NCBI GenBank assembly: GCA_964016885.1
Contig: OZ024743.1
Coordinates: forward strand, 166,160,001 to 166,224,000
Reading direction: 5' to 3'
Length of the DNA: 64,000 nucleotides
DNA from: Eledone cirrhosa
Taxonomy: Eukaryota
Made by a program: the position numbers and the translations under genes. The notes under the pieces are model-generated. The model was not told the origin of the DNA, did no database searches, and worked only from the letters and a program-made list of their open reading frames with translations. Of this stretch, positions 49,051 to 60,204 are shown in pieces (the first letter of the stretch is position 1; each line of letters starts with the position of its first letter).

Positions 49051-49814
49051 AAATTTAATAAAATAACCAACATTTTCATTAGTAAGCCAATGTTAGGAAC
49101 AACACTTAACAAACATTTCTTAAAGAAAATTAATATAAACATAAACACTTTAAAGTGTGCAGATTTGTGTTGTAAAATGAAGTCCTGTTGAATTTGAAGC
49201 TGACAGTAAAACAAGTACCAAGTCAACCAAATCACCCCATCAGTAAATGTCGATTTTTTTTATACGTATAAATCTACAGCAAAACACACACACGTATACA
49301 TATATCTGTGTGAGTGTGTGATAAGTATTTCTGTAGAAAAGGTAAAGGAAAAGAGAGTGCTCTATATATTGTACAGAGCTATTTAATTACATGATAAACA
49401 ACACACTATAATTATTTCATTACCGAAGGTTTCAAGAAACTAGATGATTCTTGTAACATCCATTTCGTTTGTCGGACAAAATAATTATCAAAATCCCTTT
49501 TCCGTTCCGTTCACTGTGTCGACGACACAACAGTCCACACTGTAAGGTGGTCGTGTAAGAGCAACATTGAATACAGGTTCATCCCCTTATCAATAGCCAG
49601 TATTGCATTGGAAATATTACATAACCTTATTACTTAAGAGGCTGTCAGACAAAATCATGTTCGTAGTTGTGATGACAGGATTTATGAAATTATTAACGCC
49701 ACAAAAATATGGATTACAGTGGATTATAAATAAAATGAATTATGAATATCTACATCTAGCCTTCACATTTTTATTATAATTATTATTAATATATATATAT
49801 ATATATATATATAT

Positions 49815-50356
49815 AATAAGGAAAAGCGAAGTAGTTTCAGTGAGACCTATTGATACTCACACTCTCCCAACCCCACTAGCTTTCGGCTGACTGCCACTGA
49901 CGGGGTGGCTAGCAGTAAGTAATATATTACAGGCTTGAACACTGTTTGGTTGAGAGGAGGAACTGACCAGGCGAATTTCGTTGAACTCAGCGGTAGCTGT
50001 TGGTCAACTTCCTTCGGACCTGCGCCTGCGCAGACCGGTGGGGGTGAATTGGTACTCACAAGGGAACGGACGAAGAACCCAAGAGCTCACACTTTGTCCG
50101 TTCCCATGTCGATCAATTTGGATTGCCTGGGAAACATAACCTTATTATGTAACAAGCTGCCTGACGATGTCGCAGCACTGGCGCACGGAACAGTGTGGCC
50201 ACTGTCGCCATTGAAATATGTATCACAGCATTATTATTAAAGGACTTCAACATCTGAAACTACTTCGCTTTTCCTTATTCGATATTTACTCCGTCACTCC
50301 TATGTGGAATAAGTACGTTGAGTGCTTGAATTGAATTGCATCAATGTTTACCATAA

Positions 50357-50358
<2 letters not shown>
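49815..50358. mobile_element. (TA)n-flanked non-coding element with a perfect 26 bp inverted repeat (Penelope-like architecture)
   Basis: aataaggaaaagcgaagtagtttcag (49815-49840) pairs with ctgaaactacttcgcttttccttatt (50254-50279). Confidence 0.55.
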
Positions 50359-50411
<53 letters not shown>

Positions 50412-50833
50412 TAATTTCGACTCCTACCATCACGTAAATTTCTGAACCAGTGGCCAATCGGTTGATGGCATTTTGATGACGCATAGAGATTCCAGTTACT
50501 AATGTACTACAGTGTTACCTGTCACATTCATTGCCATAGGTGGCATGGACTGGAATCGAATTCTGTCGATCGATTGGTTATTGATTAGGCGAGACCCGCT
50601 GATGAAGCCACATGCGTCGATGTGCATTGTTGCATAATAAATGCAGACAGTAGATGTTGTACTCTCTCTTGCTGCATTAAATATGGCCAAAACTCGAGTA
50701 CAGGTATAGATTTATGGTACCCATTTAGGTGTGTTGTATTAAAGCAATTAACTTTGTGTCTACTCTGGGATTTTTACATAACCTTACCTATTGAGTACGC
50801 CGAGTTGCAATATATATATATATATATATATAA

Positions 50834-53775
50834 TCTATATATAATATAAAGGAGAGATGTTTCTTGGTTGATTGGTTGGTTTAATCACACAAAAATTATA
50901 CACACACACACACACACACGTACATAGACACACACACATCTAAAGAGAGAGAGAGACATAGAGGCAGAGAGAGAGTAAGATAGGCCGTTATACAGAGAAA
51001 GATACAATTAAAGTGTTAGATATTCAGATAGAGAGAATGGCAACGAACGGCGGTTTACACACACACACACATATAAAGACAAAGACAGAGAGGGAGATCT
51101 GCGCGTTCTTCATTGTTCGCTCTAAGCGTCTCTAATTGCGTCAGTGAAGGTATGTGTGTGTGGCGTCCCACGATAGATCTAAGTATCAGTAGGGTTGTTG
51201 TTTTACACTCACACACGTACATATAGGTTGGTTGGTTGGTTGGTTGGTTTAATCACACAAAAATTAAACACACACATACATAGACACACACACATCTAGA
51301 GAGAGGGAGAGAGAAAGTGAGATAGGCCATTATACAAAGAGTGGTACAATTAAAGTGTTAGATATTCAGATAGCGAGAGAGAATGGCAATGAATGCTGGT
51401 TTGCGTCAGTGAAGATTTGTGTGTGTGGCATCCCACAACAGATCAAAAGTATCAGTAAGTTTGTCGTTTTACACCAGTCATTCAAAGTTAAGTGATACTA
51501 ACTACAAACCTATTTTACAGAACACAGAAAAAATTGATACTATTTGAAATTATTCTACGGTGTATATTAATTTAGTTTTTTGTTGATAGAGTCATATTAT
51601 TATTGACCTAATTCAGATGACAGAGTGTCGACCTTTTCTCTAAGGCTGTAATTTGCATTTACTTCTATTTTTTTATATTGCTTTGTATTGTTGTTTTTTT
51701 TTTACAATATTTTCCAAGAAAATTAATTTCATCATGTCACAAAAACACCGCTCATCTATCGGTGTAGTTACAATGTCTGCCAAACAGTTGAAATCTTCAA
51801 GTGAAAGAGAAACCCAGAGACGGGAAACAGAAAGATTAATACAAGAAAGATGATCATAACTTTCTGAAAGTCAACACAACTTGAGACGGGAAACAGAAAG
51901 ATTTAAGGCAAGAAGAAAGACAATCGCAACAAATAGAGGTTCAATATGAAAATCACCGAGAGGCAATGAGAGTTGCAATGCAAACATGATGAGCAATAAA
52001 CTAAGAGTTGCATTTTCATATGATCCATCGAGAAATTATAGAAATGATCCTAAAGTCGTGATTGGTAGCATGGATATTATATGCAGTAGTTGTGGAGCAA
52101 GAAAATGGAAAGGAGAAAGACTTGGCATGTGTTGCTTAGGAGGAAAGGTCAGATTTCCACTGATAGAAGACCCTCCACCTGTTATTCGTATACTGCTTAC
52201 ACCCCATACTAACGAAGCTAAATACTTCAAGAGCAATATTATGCGGTATAATGCTGCATTTCAGACATTTCAGATGACGTCCTTTGGAGCTGAAAAAGAT
52301 CATACTAACTATGGTTATTTCACAACATTTAAAACATACCTAACAGGGAGATATATTTATAGCAATGAAGCCATATGGAGAATCTTTGGTTTTGACTACC
52401 ACTGGGTGTCTATTGTGTACAATAGCAAAAGTAAGGCAGCAAAACAAAATTGCTTCAAGTGGTATTGCTACTACCTTACTTGATGGAGGCAAAACAGCAC
52501 ACTCAACGTTCAAGTTGCCATTGAATGTTACAAGAGAAGAGTCTCCTTCATGCAATATCAAAAAGAACACACCAAAAGCAAAGCTTTTAGAAAAATGCTC
52601 CGTGATCATATGGAATGAGGCCACAATGGCACATAGAAAGTTATTTGAGGCTCTAGACCATTCTTTAAGAGACATTAGAGGATGTAATGAAATCATGGGC
52701 AGAGTAACGATGGTGTTTGCTGGTGACTTCAGACATATTCTCCCCGTCGCTCCTAAAGACACAAGAGCTGATATTGTAAACGTTTGCCTCAAAGTCTCAA
52801 CTATATGGCAACAAGTCCAGCAATTACCCTTGAGGACAAACATGAGAGTGCAGTTGTACAATGATGCAGAAGTTGATACTTTTGCAAAACAGCTAATTAT
52901 ACTGGGTGATGGAAATCTGCAACAAGATAAAGATGGAGAAGTCAACCTTCTATTTGGAAATGTCTGTAATACAACAAATGAACTAATTGATCAAGTATTT
53001 CCAAATGTTGCCTCAAAATTATATCAATCAATCATGGCTGTTTGAGCGAGCAATTTTAGCAGCAAAAAATAATATGGTAAATTAGATCAACCAATGCCTA
53101 CTGGATACGCTCCCAGGGGACATTCATACATATGTCTCCATTGACAAGATTGAAAAGGATGACGAAGCTGTTAATTATCCTGCAGAGTTCCTTAATAGTC
53201 TGGAACTTCCTGGACTTCCTGCACACAAATTAAAGCTAAAGATTGGAACCCCCATCATCCTTTTGAGAAACCTGGACCCACCATGTTTATGCAATGGCAC
53301 ACACTTAACAGTGAGGCAGATGATGAAACATCTCCTAGAAGTCACTATTCTTGGAGGCAATCATCAAGGCAAAAGTGCATTTATTCCAAAGATTCCACTT
53401 ATCCCTTCCTCTACCGAGCTGCCATTCAGATTCTCAAGACTTCAGTTCCCTGTTAGAACCAGTTTTCTATGACCATAAATAAAGCTCAGGGTCAAAGTCT
53501 CAAAGTTGTAGGATTGTATCTGAGAGAATCAGTTTTTACCCATGGACAGTTATATGTTGGTTGTTCACGAGTGGGAACATCTAGAAATCTTCATATGCTA
53601 TGCACGAACGGTAAAACAAAGACTCTGGTGTATCTGGAAGTTTTTTTACATTTTTTTTGTCACACACACACACCACGGTCTCGCCTCATACTGTAAACCA
53701 GACAATGCATCCAATAATTGTTTTATCTTCTACCTGTCTTCTCTTATCAACTGCTCACCAGGGCGAAGCCAGGTA

Positions 53776-53778
<3 letters not shown>
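50834..53778 (+). mobile_element. Internally deleted Helitron (Rep fragments and PIF1 helicase)
   Basis: A|TCTATATATAATATAAA start; CSSCGARKWKGERLGMCC..GKV, YNAAFQ..MTSFG, ASSGIATTLLDGGKTAHSTFKLP, GDFRHILPV, MTINKAQGQSL, FTHGQLYVGCSRV; 3' GC hairpin at about 53758-53773, with no terminal CTAG. Confidence 0.92.
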
Positions 53779-53825
<47 letters not shown>

Positions 53826-53999
53826 ATAGATATATATATATAGATATATATATATATAGTTATGTAATAAACAACATAAGATAATTATTTCATTTACCAG
53901 TTATTACATAACTAATAAGTTCTGTAGCCTACATAGAGCACTCTTTTTTCCTGTACCTTTCCGACAGAAATACTTCACATATATATATGTATATATATA

Positions 54000-55772
54000 T
54001 CATCATCATTATCATCGTTTAATGTCTATCTTCCACGCTAGCATGGGTTAGACGGGAGTTGCCCCCCTTGAGGCAAGATGGGTCGGGTGACCATGTCTCG
54101 CTCGTATAGGACTATCTGGCAGGTTTTCTACGACTGGATGCCCTTCCTAACACCAACCACGTTTACAGTGTGGACTGGGAGGTTTTTACCGTGTTACCTA
54201 CACGGCCACATTACAGCGTGGACTGTGTGTTTTTTGTCGTGACACCTACACAATCTCATTAGTTTGGACTGGATGATGTGGTACCAACATAACTTTATAG
54301 AGGGTGGTGTTGGCGGGAGTGGGAGGATGGAGTAGGGGTAGTGGGTTGGGGTCTATGTTTGGTTTGGAGGGGCCTACTGACTGTAGTTTAACTTTGCACG
54401 TAGGGAAGGCGGGTCTTCTGTATTACTGCGTGGCGCCAAAGATCTCGATCCAGTGACATTGTCTTAGAGAGGTGCAAGTGTGCAAGGTCGGAATGTATCA
54501 TGTCCTCCCAGGTTTTTCTGGGTCTACCTACTCCGTAACTTCCATCAATTTTGATCGCCCTGCATTTTTTTATACAGCTGTCGTCTTTCTTGAGCATCAC
54601 GTGACCATACCAATGTAATCTTCTCTCAAGTAAACAGCATCTGATCCCTCTTATTCATAATTTCTCACTTAGTTCATTTATGTTTTGCCATTCGTGTATA
54701 TTACTATTACACATCCAACGGAGCATGCATACTTCGTTCCTTTCCAGTCTATGCAGGTCCTCCGCACACAATGCTCCTGTCTCACTGCCATGTAACATTG
54801 CTGTTCGTATACAAGCATCATACAATCTGCCTTTCATGTTCAGAGAGAAACCTTTTGTGGCCAACAGTGGTATAAGCTCTCTGAACTTTTTCCATCCCGT
54901 TCTGACTCTAGCTACTGTACTTTCAGAGCACCCTCCACCACTGCTGATTTTGTCACCCAGGTAATGGAAAGTGTCCACTATTTCTATAGAACTATCTGGG
55001 CAGTAGAAGGAGCTAGTATCCTGTGGGCACTTTCTACTTATTGCACGTGAGCATCGGCCACATATAAAATCTACTTTCTTAGATAGCTTACCTGTGATCC
55101 TGCTAAATCTTTTATGTACCCATAGATTGCATTTGGAGCTTAGAATGGAATTTCTACCTACTTTGTTCCTACATACTGAGCATCGCCATTTCCTGGAGTG
55201 CACCTGAGCCCTATTTTCCTTTCTACATACTAGCACTTTAGTCTTAGAAAAGTAAGCTTTAAGGCCTTTTGGTTCTAGGCCATGCTTCCATGTTTGGAAT
55301 TTCTTCTCTAGTTCAGCCATAGATTCAGCTATGAGAGTTAGATGATCTGCATATAAAAGTTCCCATGGGCAGCCAGTCTTAAACCCTTCTGTTATATCCT
55401 GTAGGGCAATAATAAACAGGAGAGGGATAAAGACGGAGCCTTGGTGAACACCTACAATTACGCTAAATTCTTAAACAATATTCATTGTTAATTCAAACCT
55501 TGCTGACTGTTCCTCTATACATGGCTTGTATAGCTCTCACAAGCCACTCATCTACTCCTAGTTTTCTAAGAGCCCACCAGATAATGGAGCGGAGGACTCT
55601 GTCAAAGGTTTTCTCTAAATCAACAAAAGCTAAGTAGAGGGGTTTACTTTTAGCTAGGTACTTCTATTGTAGTTGCCATACAAGGAAGAGAGCAACCATG
55701 GTACTTTTACCTAGCACAAACCCAAACTGCATTTCATCTGGACCAATTCGCTCTCCAATCAGTTGTGCAATA
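54000..55772 (-). mobile_element. 5'-truncated RTE LINE, same family as 6340-12021
   Basis: (CAT)n tail at 54000; ORF 54655-55320; YADH in place of YADD. Confidence 0.93.
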
Positions 55773-57393
55773 ATCATCATCATCATCACCGTTTTACCTC
55801 CATTCTTCCATGCTAGCATCGGTTAGACGGGTTGTCCTGTTGTGGGCAGTGTCCGGTTGGCTGACCTTGTCTTGCTCATACGAGAACTGATTCTGGCTTG
55901 ATTTCTATAGCTGGATGCCCTTCCTAACACCAACCTCATTTACAGTGAGTGCTGGGTGCTTTTTTTCCACTGCACCTACACATCCACTTTACAATGTGGG
56001 CTGGGTGCTTTTTTTTGCCGTGGCACCTCCACGACCACTTTGCAGTGGGAGGAGGGAGGGAGCATATTGTCTATATGCTTCAGCTTCGGCTTGTACCCAC
56101 GGGAAGTCGGGTCTTCTGTATTACTACGTGACGCAAGAGGTCACGGTCCTGTGTGATTGCCTTTGAGACGTGCAATTAGGTAAGGTCGGCTTTCATCACC
56201 TCATCCCAGGTTTTCTTGGGTCTCCCCACTTCGCGGCTTCCATCGATTTCTAGTGCTCTGCATCTTTTTATGCAGCCATCCTTCATATGCATCACATGTC
56301 TATACCAACGCAACCGCCTCTCCTGCACACAGCATTTGATTCCTCTTATGCTCAGTCTCTCTCTCAATTCATTTATGCTTTGCCGTTCGCATATATTACT
56401 ATTACACATCTATCGGAGCATGCAGGCTTCGTTTCTTTCTAATCTATGCAATTCTTCTACAGACAACGCCCAGGTCTCACTACCATGTAACACTGCTGTG
56501 CGCATGCACGTATCATACAGTCTGCCTTTCATTTTGAGGGAAAAGCCTTTTGCAGCTAGCAGTGGTAGTAGTTCCCTGAACTTCTTCCATCCCGTTCTTA
56601 CTCTGGTTACTGTACTTTCCAAACACCTACCTCCGCTGCTAATTTGGTCACCTAGGTAGCAAAAGCTGTCTACTGTTTCTACAGAGCCCTCCCAGAGTTT
56701 GGTGGTGCTTGTTTCCTGTGGCCGTTTGCTGCTTGCTGTCCCAGCACAACTGCTACATATGAAGCCTACATTCTTAGTTGAACTTCCTGAGATCCCACTG
56801 CATCTCTTGTGAACCCATTGTTTGCATTTGGGGCAGAGGATGGAGTTCTTACCTACACCTTTCCTACACACTGAGCAAGGCTATTTCCCAGAGGGGATCT
56901 GGGTTCTGTTTTCTCTTCTACTTACAAGAACCTTAGTCTTTGTCAGGTTGACTTTGAGACCCTTTCTTACTAGTCCCTGCTTCCATGTTTGGAATTTCTT
57001 CTCTAGTTACACCATAGATTCAGCTATAAGTGTGAGATCATCCGCAAATAGGAGTTCCCATTGGCACCCGGTCTTAAACTCCTTTGTTATTGCCTGCAAT
57101 ACTATAATGAACAGGAGAGAGCTAAGAACAGAGCCTTGGTGGACACTGACCTGTATGCTAAATTCCTCGCTATAGTCATTGCTAACCCTAACTTTGCTGA
57201 CTGCTCCCCTATACATGGCTTGTACAGCTTTCACAAGCCATTCATCTACTCCTAGTTTTCTAAGAGCCCACCAGATTATAGCATGAGGGACTCTCTTGAA
57301 AGCTTTTTCCAGATCGACAAATGCTAGGTACTTTTCCCTTTTCCTGTAACTGCCTCACAAGGAAGAGGGCATCAGTGGTGCCTTTTCCTGGCA
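55773..57393 (-). mobile_element. 5'-truncated RTE LINE, second subfamily
   Basis: (CAT)n tail; ORFs 56176-56409, 56410-56871 and 57007-57234 (FADD). Confidence 0.92.
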
Positions 57394-57410
57394 TTAACTC
57401 AATATATATA

Positions 57411-57575
57411 TATATTTAAAAAAAGGAAAATAATGACTTCACTTGTAGTTCTAAACAATTTGATTTAATTTTATATCATGATTTTACAAAACCAAATTGT
57501 AAAATCATAATATAAAATTAAATCAAATTGTTTAGAACTACAAATGAAGTCATTCTTTTCCTATTTTTTAATATA
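57411..57575. repeat. Near-perfect palindrome, ~75 bp arms and ~7 nt loop
   Basis: ...gacttcacttgtagttctaaacaatttgatttaattttatatcatgattttacaa-aaccaaa-ttgtaaaatcataatataaaattaaatcaaattgtttagaactacaaatgaagtc... Confidence 0.9.
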
Positions 57576-57658
57576 CCTAACTGTACCAAAGATTTCACAC
57601 ATTTTCCAATATATATATATATTTGAAACGGGAGTAAGGTTCTATACAAAACAGGGGT

Positions 57659-58127
57659 TATAGAGGAAAAGTGGAATAGGAAATAGCACAGAAAATATAT
57701 TCAAGGATCCGTTTTTCTTTTTTTCTTCTTTGATTCGTCAAAGTGACATTATTGAAAAGATGTCGACATAACTACATAGGACAGACGGGTGTGCCATTAC
57801 GCAAAAGAATGACCATCCATCGCCAACAAGTCAGAGATGTAAACGCAAGAAAAATTCCCTGAAGTAGCCACATTGCAGATTGTGCAGGAATGACCCTACC
57901 CAATTTTAAAATCTTCCCCCTTTATAAGTGCTCAGATTCTTTCACACAACAACAAAGAATAAATAAAGAAAAAACTATTTATTTACAAAATTAAAGCAAA
58001 ATTAAATATGTAATCACCCCCATTAGTTTATTCATCAGGACCTATTGACTAAGCACATACACATTGATACATTTGCAGACAGATCGATACATTTGCACAC
58101 ATACATGCACTTGTGTGTGTGTAAATG

Positions 58128-58162
<35 letters not shown>

Positions 58163-59026
58163 ATGATGGCTTTCAATCAGGAATTTTTGGAAAATATGTG
58201 TATGAACAATTTCTTTTATTTTGTGGTGTATATGCACACACACACACACACCACAAAATAAAAGAAATTGTTCATACACATATTTCCAAAAATTCCTGAT
58301 TGAAAGCCATCACTGATAATTTGTTGTTTTTTTAATTTCCCACCACAAAAAGACCTGTGCCAAACAAAATAAAGCACACATACACTACAAAAACAAACAA
58401 ATATACATATATATGTGTCCCAAAAAATATTTCTCTAAGTTTTGATCCCATCACACTTACAATAAGACACACACACACGTTTATATACACACTCACACAT
58501 ACACACTCATACTCTCTAAAACCATATTCCTAAAATAGAATTTCTTTTGACAATCCCATTTGCCTCTCTCCCCCTATGTCTCGAGCTTACATTTCCCCCC
58601 TTCGCCACCCCCATCTGAACTCTTGACCAATCCTTTAACACAACTGAGACTATTCCTAAAAATAATTTTGTTCTGTGAAAAGACAAAACTAACAACACTA
58701 CTGCTACTATGACTACCTCTCTCTCTATATATATATAAGGTTCCATTTTAGACCCAGTCTTCGCAACATGATGAACAGACCTTTTCAACACTCAATTTTT
58801 AATTTTTGGTTCTTTTTAATTGTAATATTCAACATTTGATAAGATGGTTTACACTGATACATTGAAACCGGTTATATTTTTTTATATATATTATAAAACT
58901 CCTTTTTTTTAAAAGAATTGTTCCTCATTTTTTTCAATAATGTCACTTTGATGAATCAAAGAAGGAAGAAAAACAGATCCTGAAATATATTTTCCATGCT
59001 ATTTCCAATTCCACTTTTCTTCTATA
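57659..59026 (+). mobile_element. Short 3' Penelope-like fragment (GIY-YIG) with an inverted pseudo-LTR
   Basis: YIGQTGVPLRKRMTIHRQQ at about 57773; inverted repeat 57659-57758 / 58931-59026. Confidence 0.8.
58164..58312. repeat. Near-perfect hairpin, ~65 bp arms around a (CA)n loop
   Basis: tgatggctttcaatcaggaatttttggaaaatatgtgtatgaacaatttcttttattttgtggtgt and its reverse complement. Confidence 0.9.
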
Positions 59027-59396
59027 TATATATTACAGACCAACAAAATACGCACACTCCACTTTTCCCTTCACAGCTCTGTATATACACACACACACCC
59101 TTATATTAACATACTTTTACTTACATATCTTCTTAGCTTCGTACGGACGTATAACACACACACATACACGAATACGCACATGCACAAGTGTAGCTCTTTA
59201 TACAAAACGGGTTTTTTTCCATTTCAGGTAGACGTGCTCCATTATCCCCTTTTCTAAAAAAATAAATCGTACACAAAATGCCAGCATCAACAGTTTTCCA
59301 AGAGATGTCAACATGAATGGACCTGTTATTTTTATCTAGACATTTTTTCCAATTCCACCCTGCCTGTCCTTTCAATCAATCTTATTTTTCATTCTT

Positions 59397-59432
59397 TCTT
59401 CTGATGAAGGACTAGCGTCCGAAACATTAAGA
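59397..59432 (+). ncRNA. Minimal hammerhead ribozyme motif, copy 1 (stem III mutated)
   Basis: tctt-CTGATGA-a-ggac(tagc)gtcc-GAAAC-att-aaga. Confidence 0.6.
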
Positions 59433-59903
59433 CCCTCTCTCTTCCTGCTATTTCAAACGTTAACTTAATATATTCCTTCCATTTACTGAACCGATTGTGT
59501 TGTTATTTCTGTTTACCTTTTACATATATATATATATCAACACTTATGTGGACCTCTCAAATTCATTTTCAAATTGGATTTTCACCCTGAAACTGGATAT
59601 ATACCCGGAGTTTACCTGAACTTCCACCAGGAAATCTTTCGTATCACTGAAATTTAAATATACCATGACTTTCTATCACTTTTCCTCTATTATAATCTTC
59701 TTACATCACCTTCTTCTCACCCGTCTATTCTTCACTCCCACCCTAGTACCTTAAACATGCCCAATGCCAAATCTTTTCTCCGCCAGCTCCATTCTCCTCT
59801 CAAATGCTTATGTCAACATGAATGGACCTGTTATTTTTATCTAAAGACATTTTTTCCAATTCCACCCTGCCCATCCCTTCAATCTATCTTATTTCTCATT
59901 CTT

Positions 59904-59939
59904 TCTTCTGATGAAGGACTAACGTCCGAAACGTTAAGA
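59904..59939 (+). ncRNA. Minimal type I hammerhead ribozyme motif, copy 2
   Basis: Stem I tctt/aaga; core CTGATGA; stem II ggac/gtcc; GAAAC; palindromic AACGTT stem III; GUU cleavage triplet. Confidence 0.75.
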
Positions 59940-60044
59940 CCCTCTTCCTGAATTTCAAATGTTAACCTAATATATTCCGTCCATATACTGTACTGTTTGT
60001 GTTGTTATTTCTGTTTACCTTTTACATACATATATATATAATAC

Positions 60045-60109
<65 letters not shown>

Positions 60110-60110
60110 G

Positions 60111-60200
60111 TGAAGGCACATGGCTTAGTGGTTAGAGCATTGGGCTTGCAACTGAGGGGTTGTGAGTTCGGACTACGTGATGTGTTGTGCCCTTGAACAG
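60111..60200 (+). mobile_element. tRNA-like SINE head
   Basis: A box tggcttagtggtt; degenerate B box gagttcggact; followed by gttgtgcccttgaac. No complete cloverleaf. Confidence 0.55.
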
Positions 60201-60204
60201 AACC

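Larger units (their letters stand above)
59306..60027 (+). mobile_element. Tandem Penelope pseudo-LTRs (about 59306-59525 and 59811-60027)
   Basis: ~215 bp direct repeats each ending in (TA)n; a GIY-YIG C-terminal-like WIFTL remnant at about 59575; hammerhead motifs in both. Confidence 0.8.

Noticed and set aside
49423-49500. Minus-strand reading ...MLQESSSFLKPS|gtaatg as the ZnT9 exon before 'DLTKLPK'
   Set aside because: It ends in phase 0 while the next exon needs phase 2, an in-frame TGA lies just upstream, and similarity to the conserved motif is poor.
58835-58880. Hammerhead candidate around gaaaccggtt
   Set aside because: The GAAAC and palindromic stem III are present but the CUGANGA core and stem II are too decayed to call.
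60111-60200. Possible tRNA gene
   Set aside because: Only the A box and a degenerate B box are present with no acceptor stem; it continues into SINE-like sequence.
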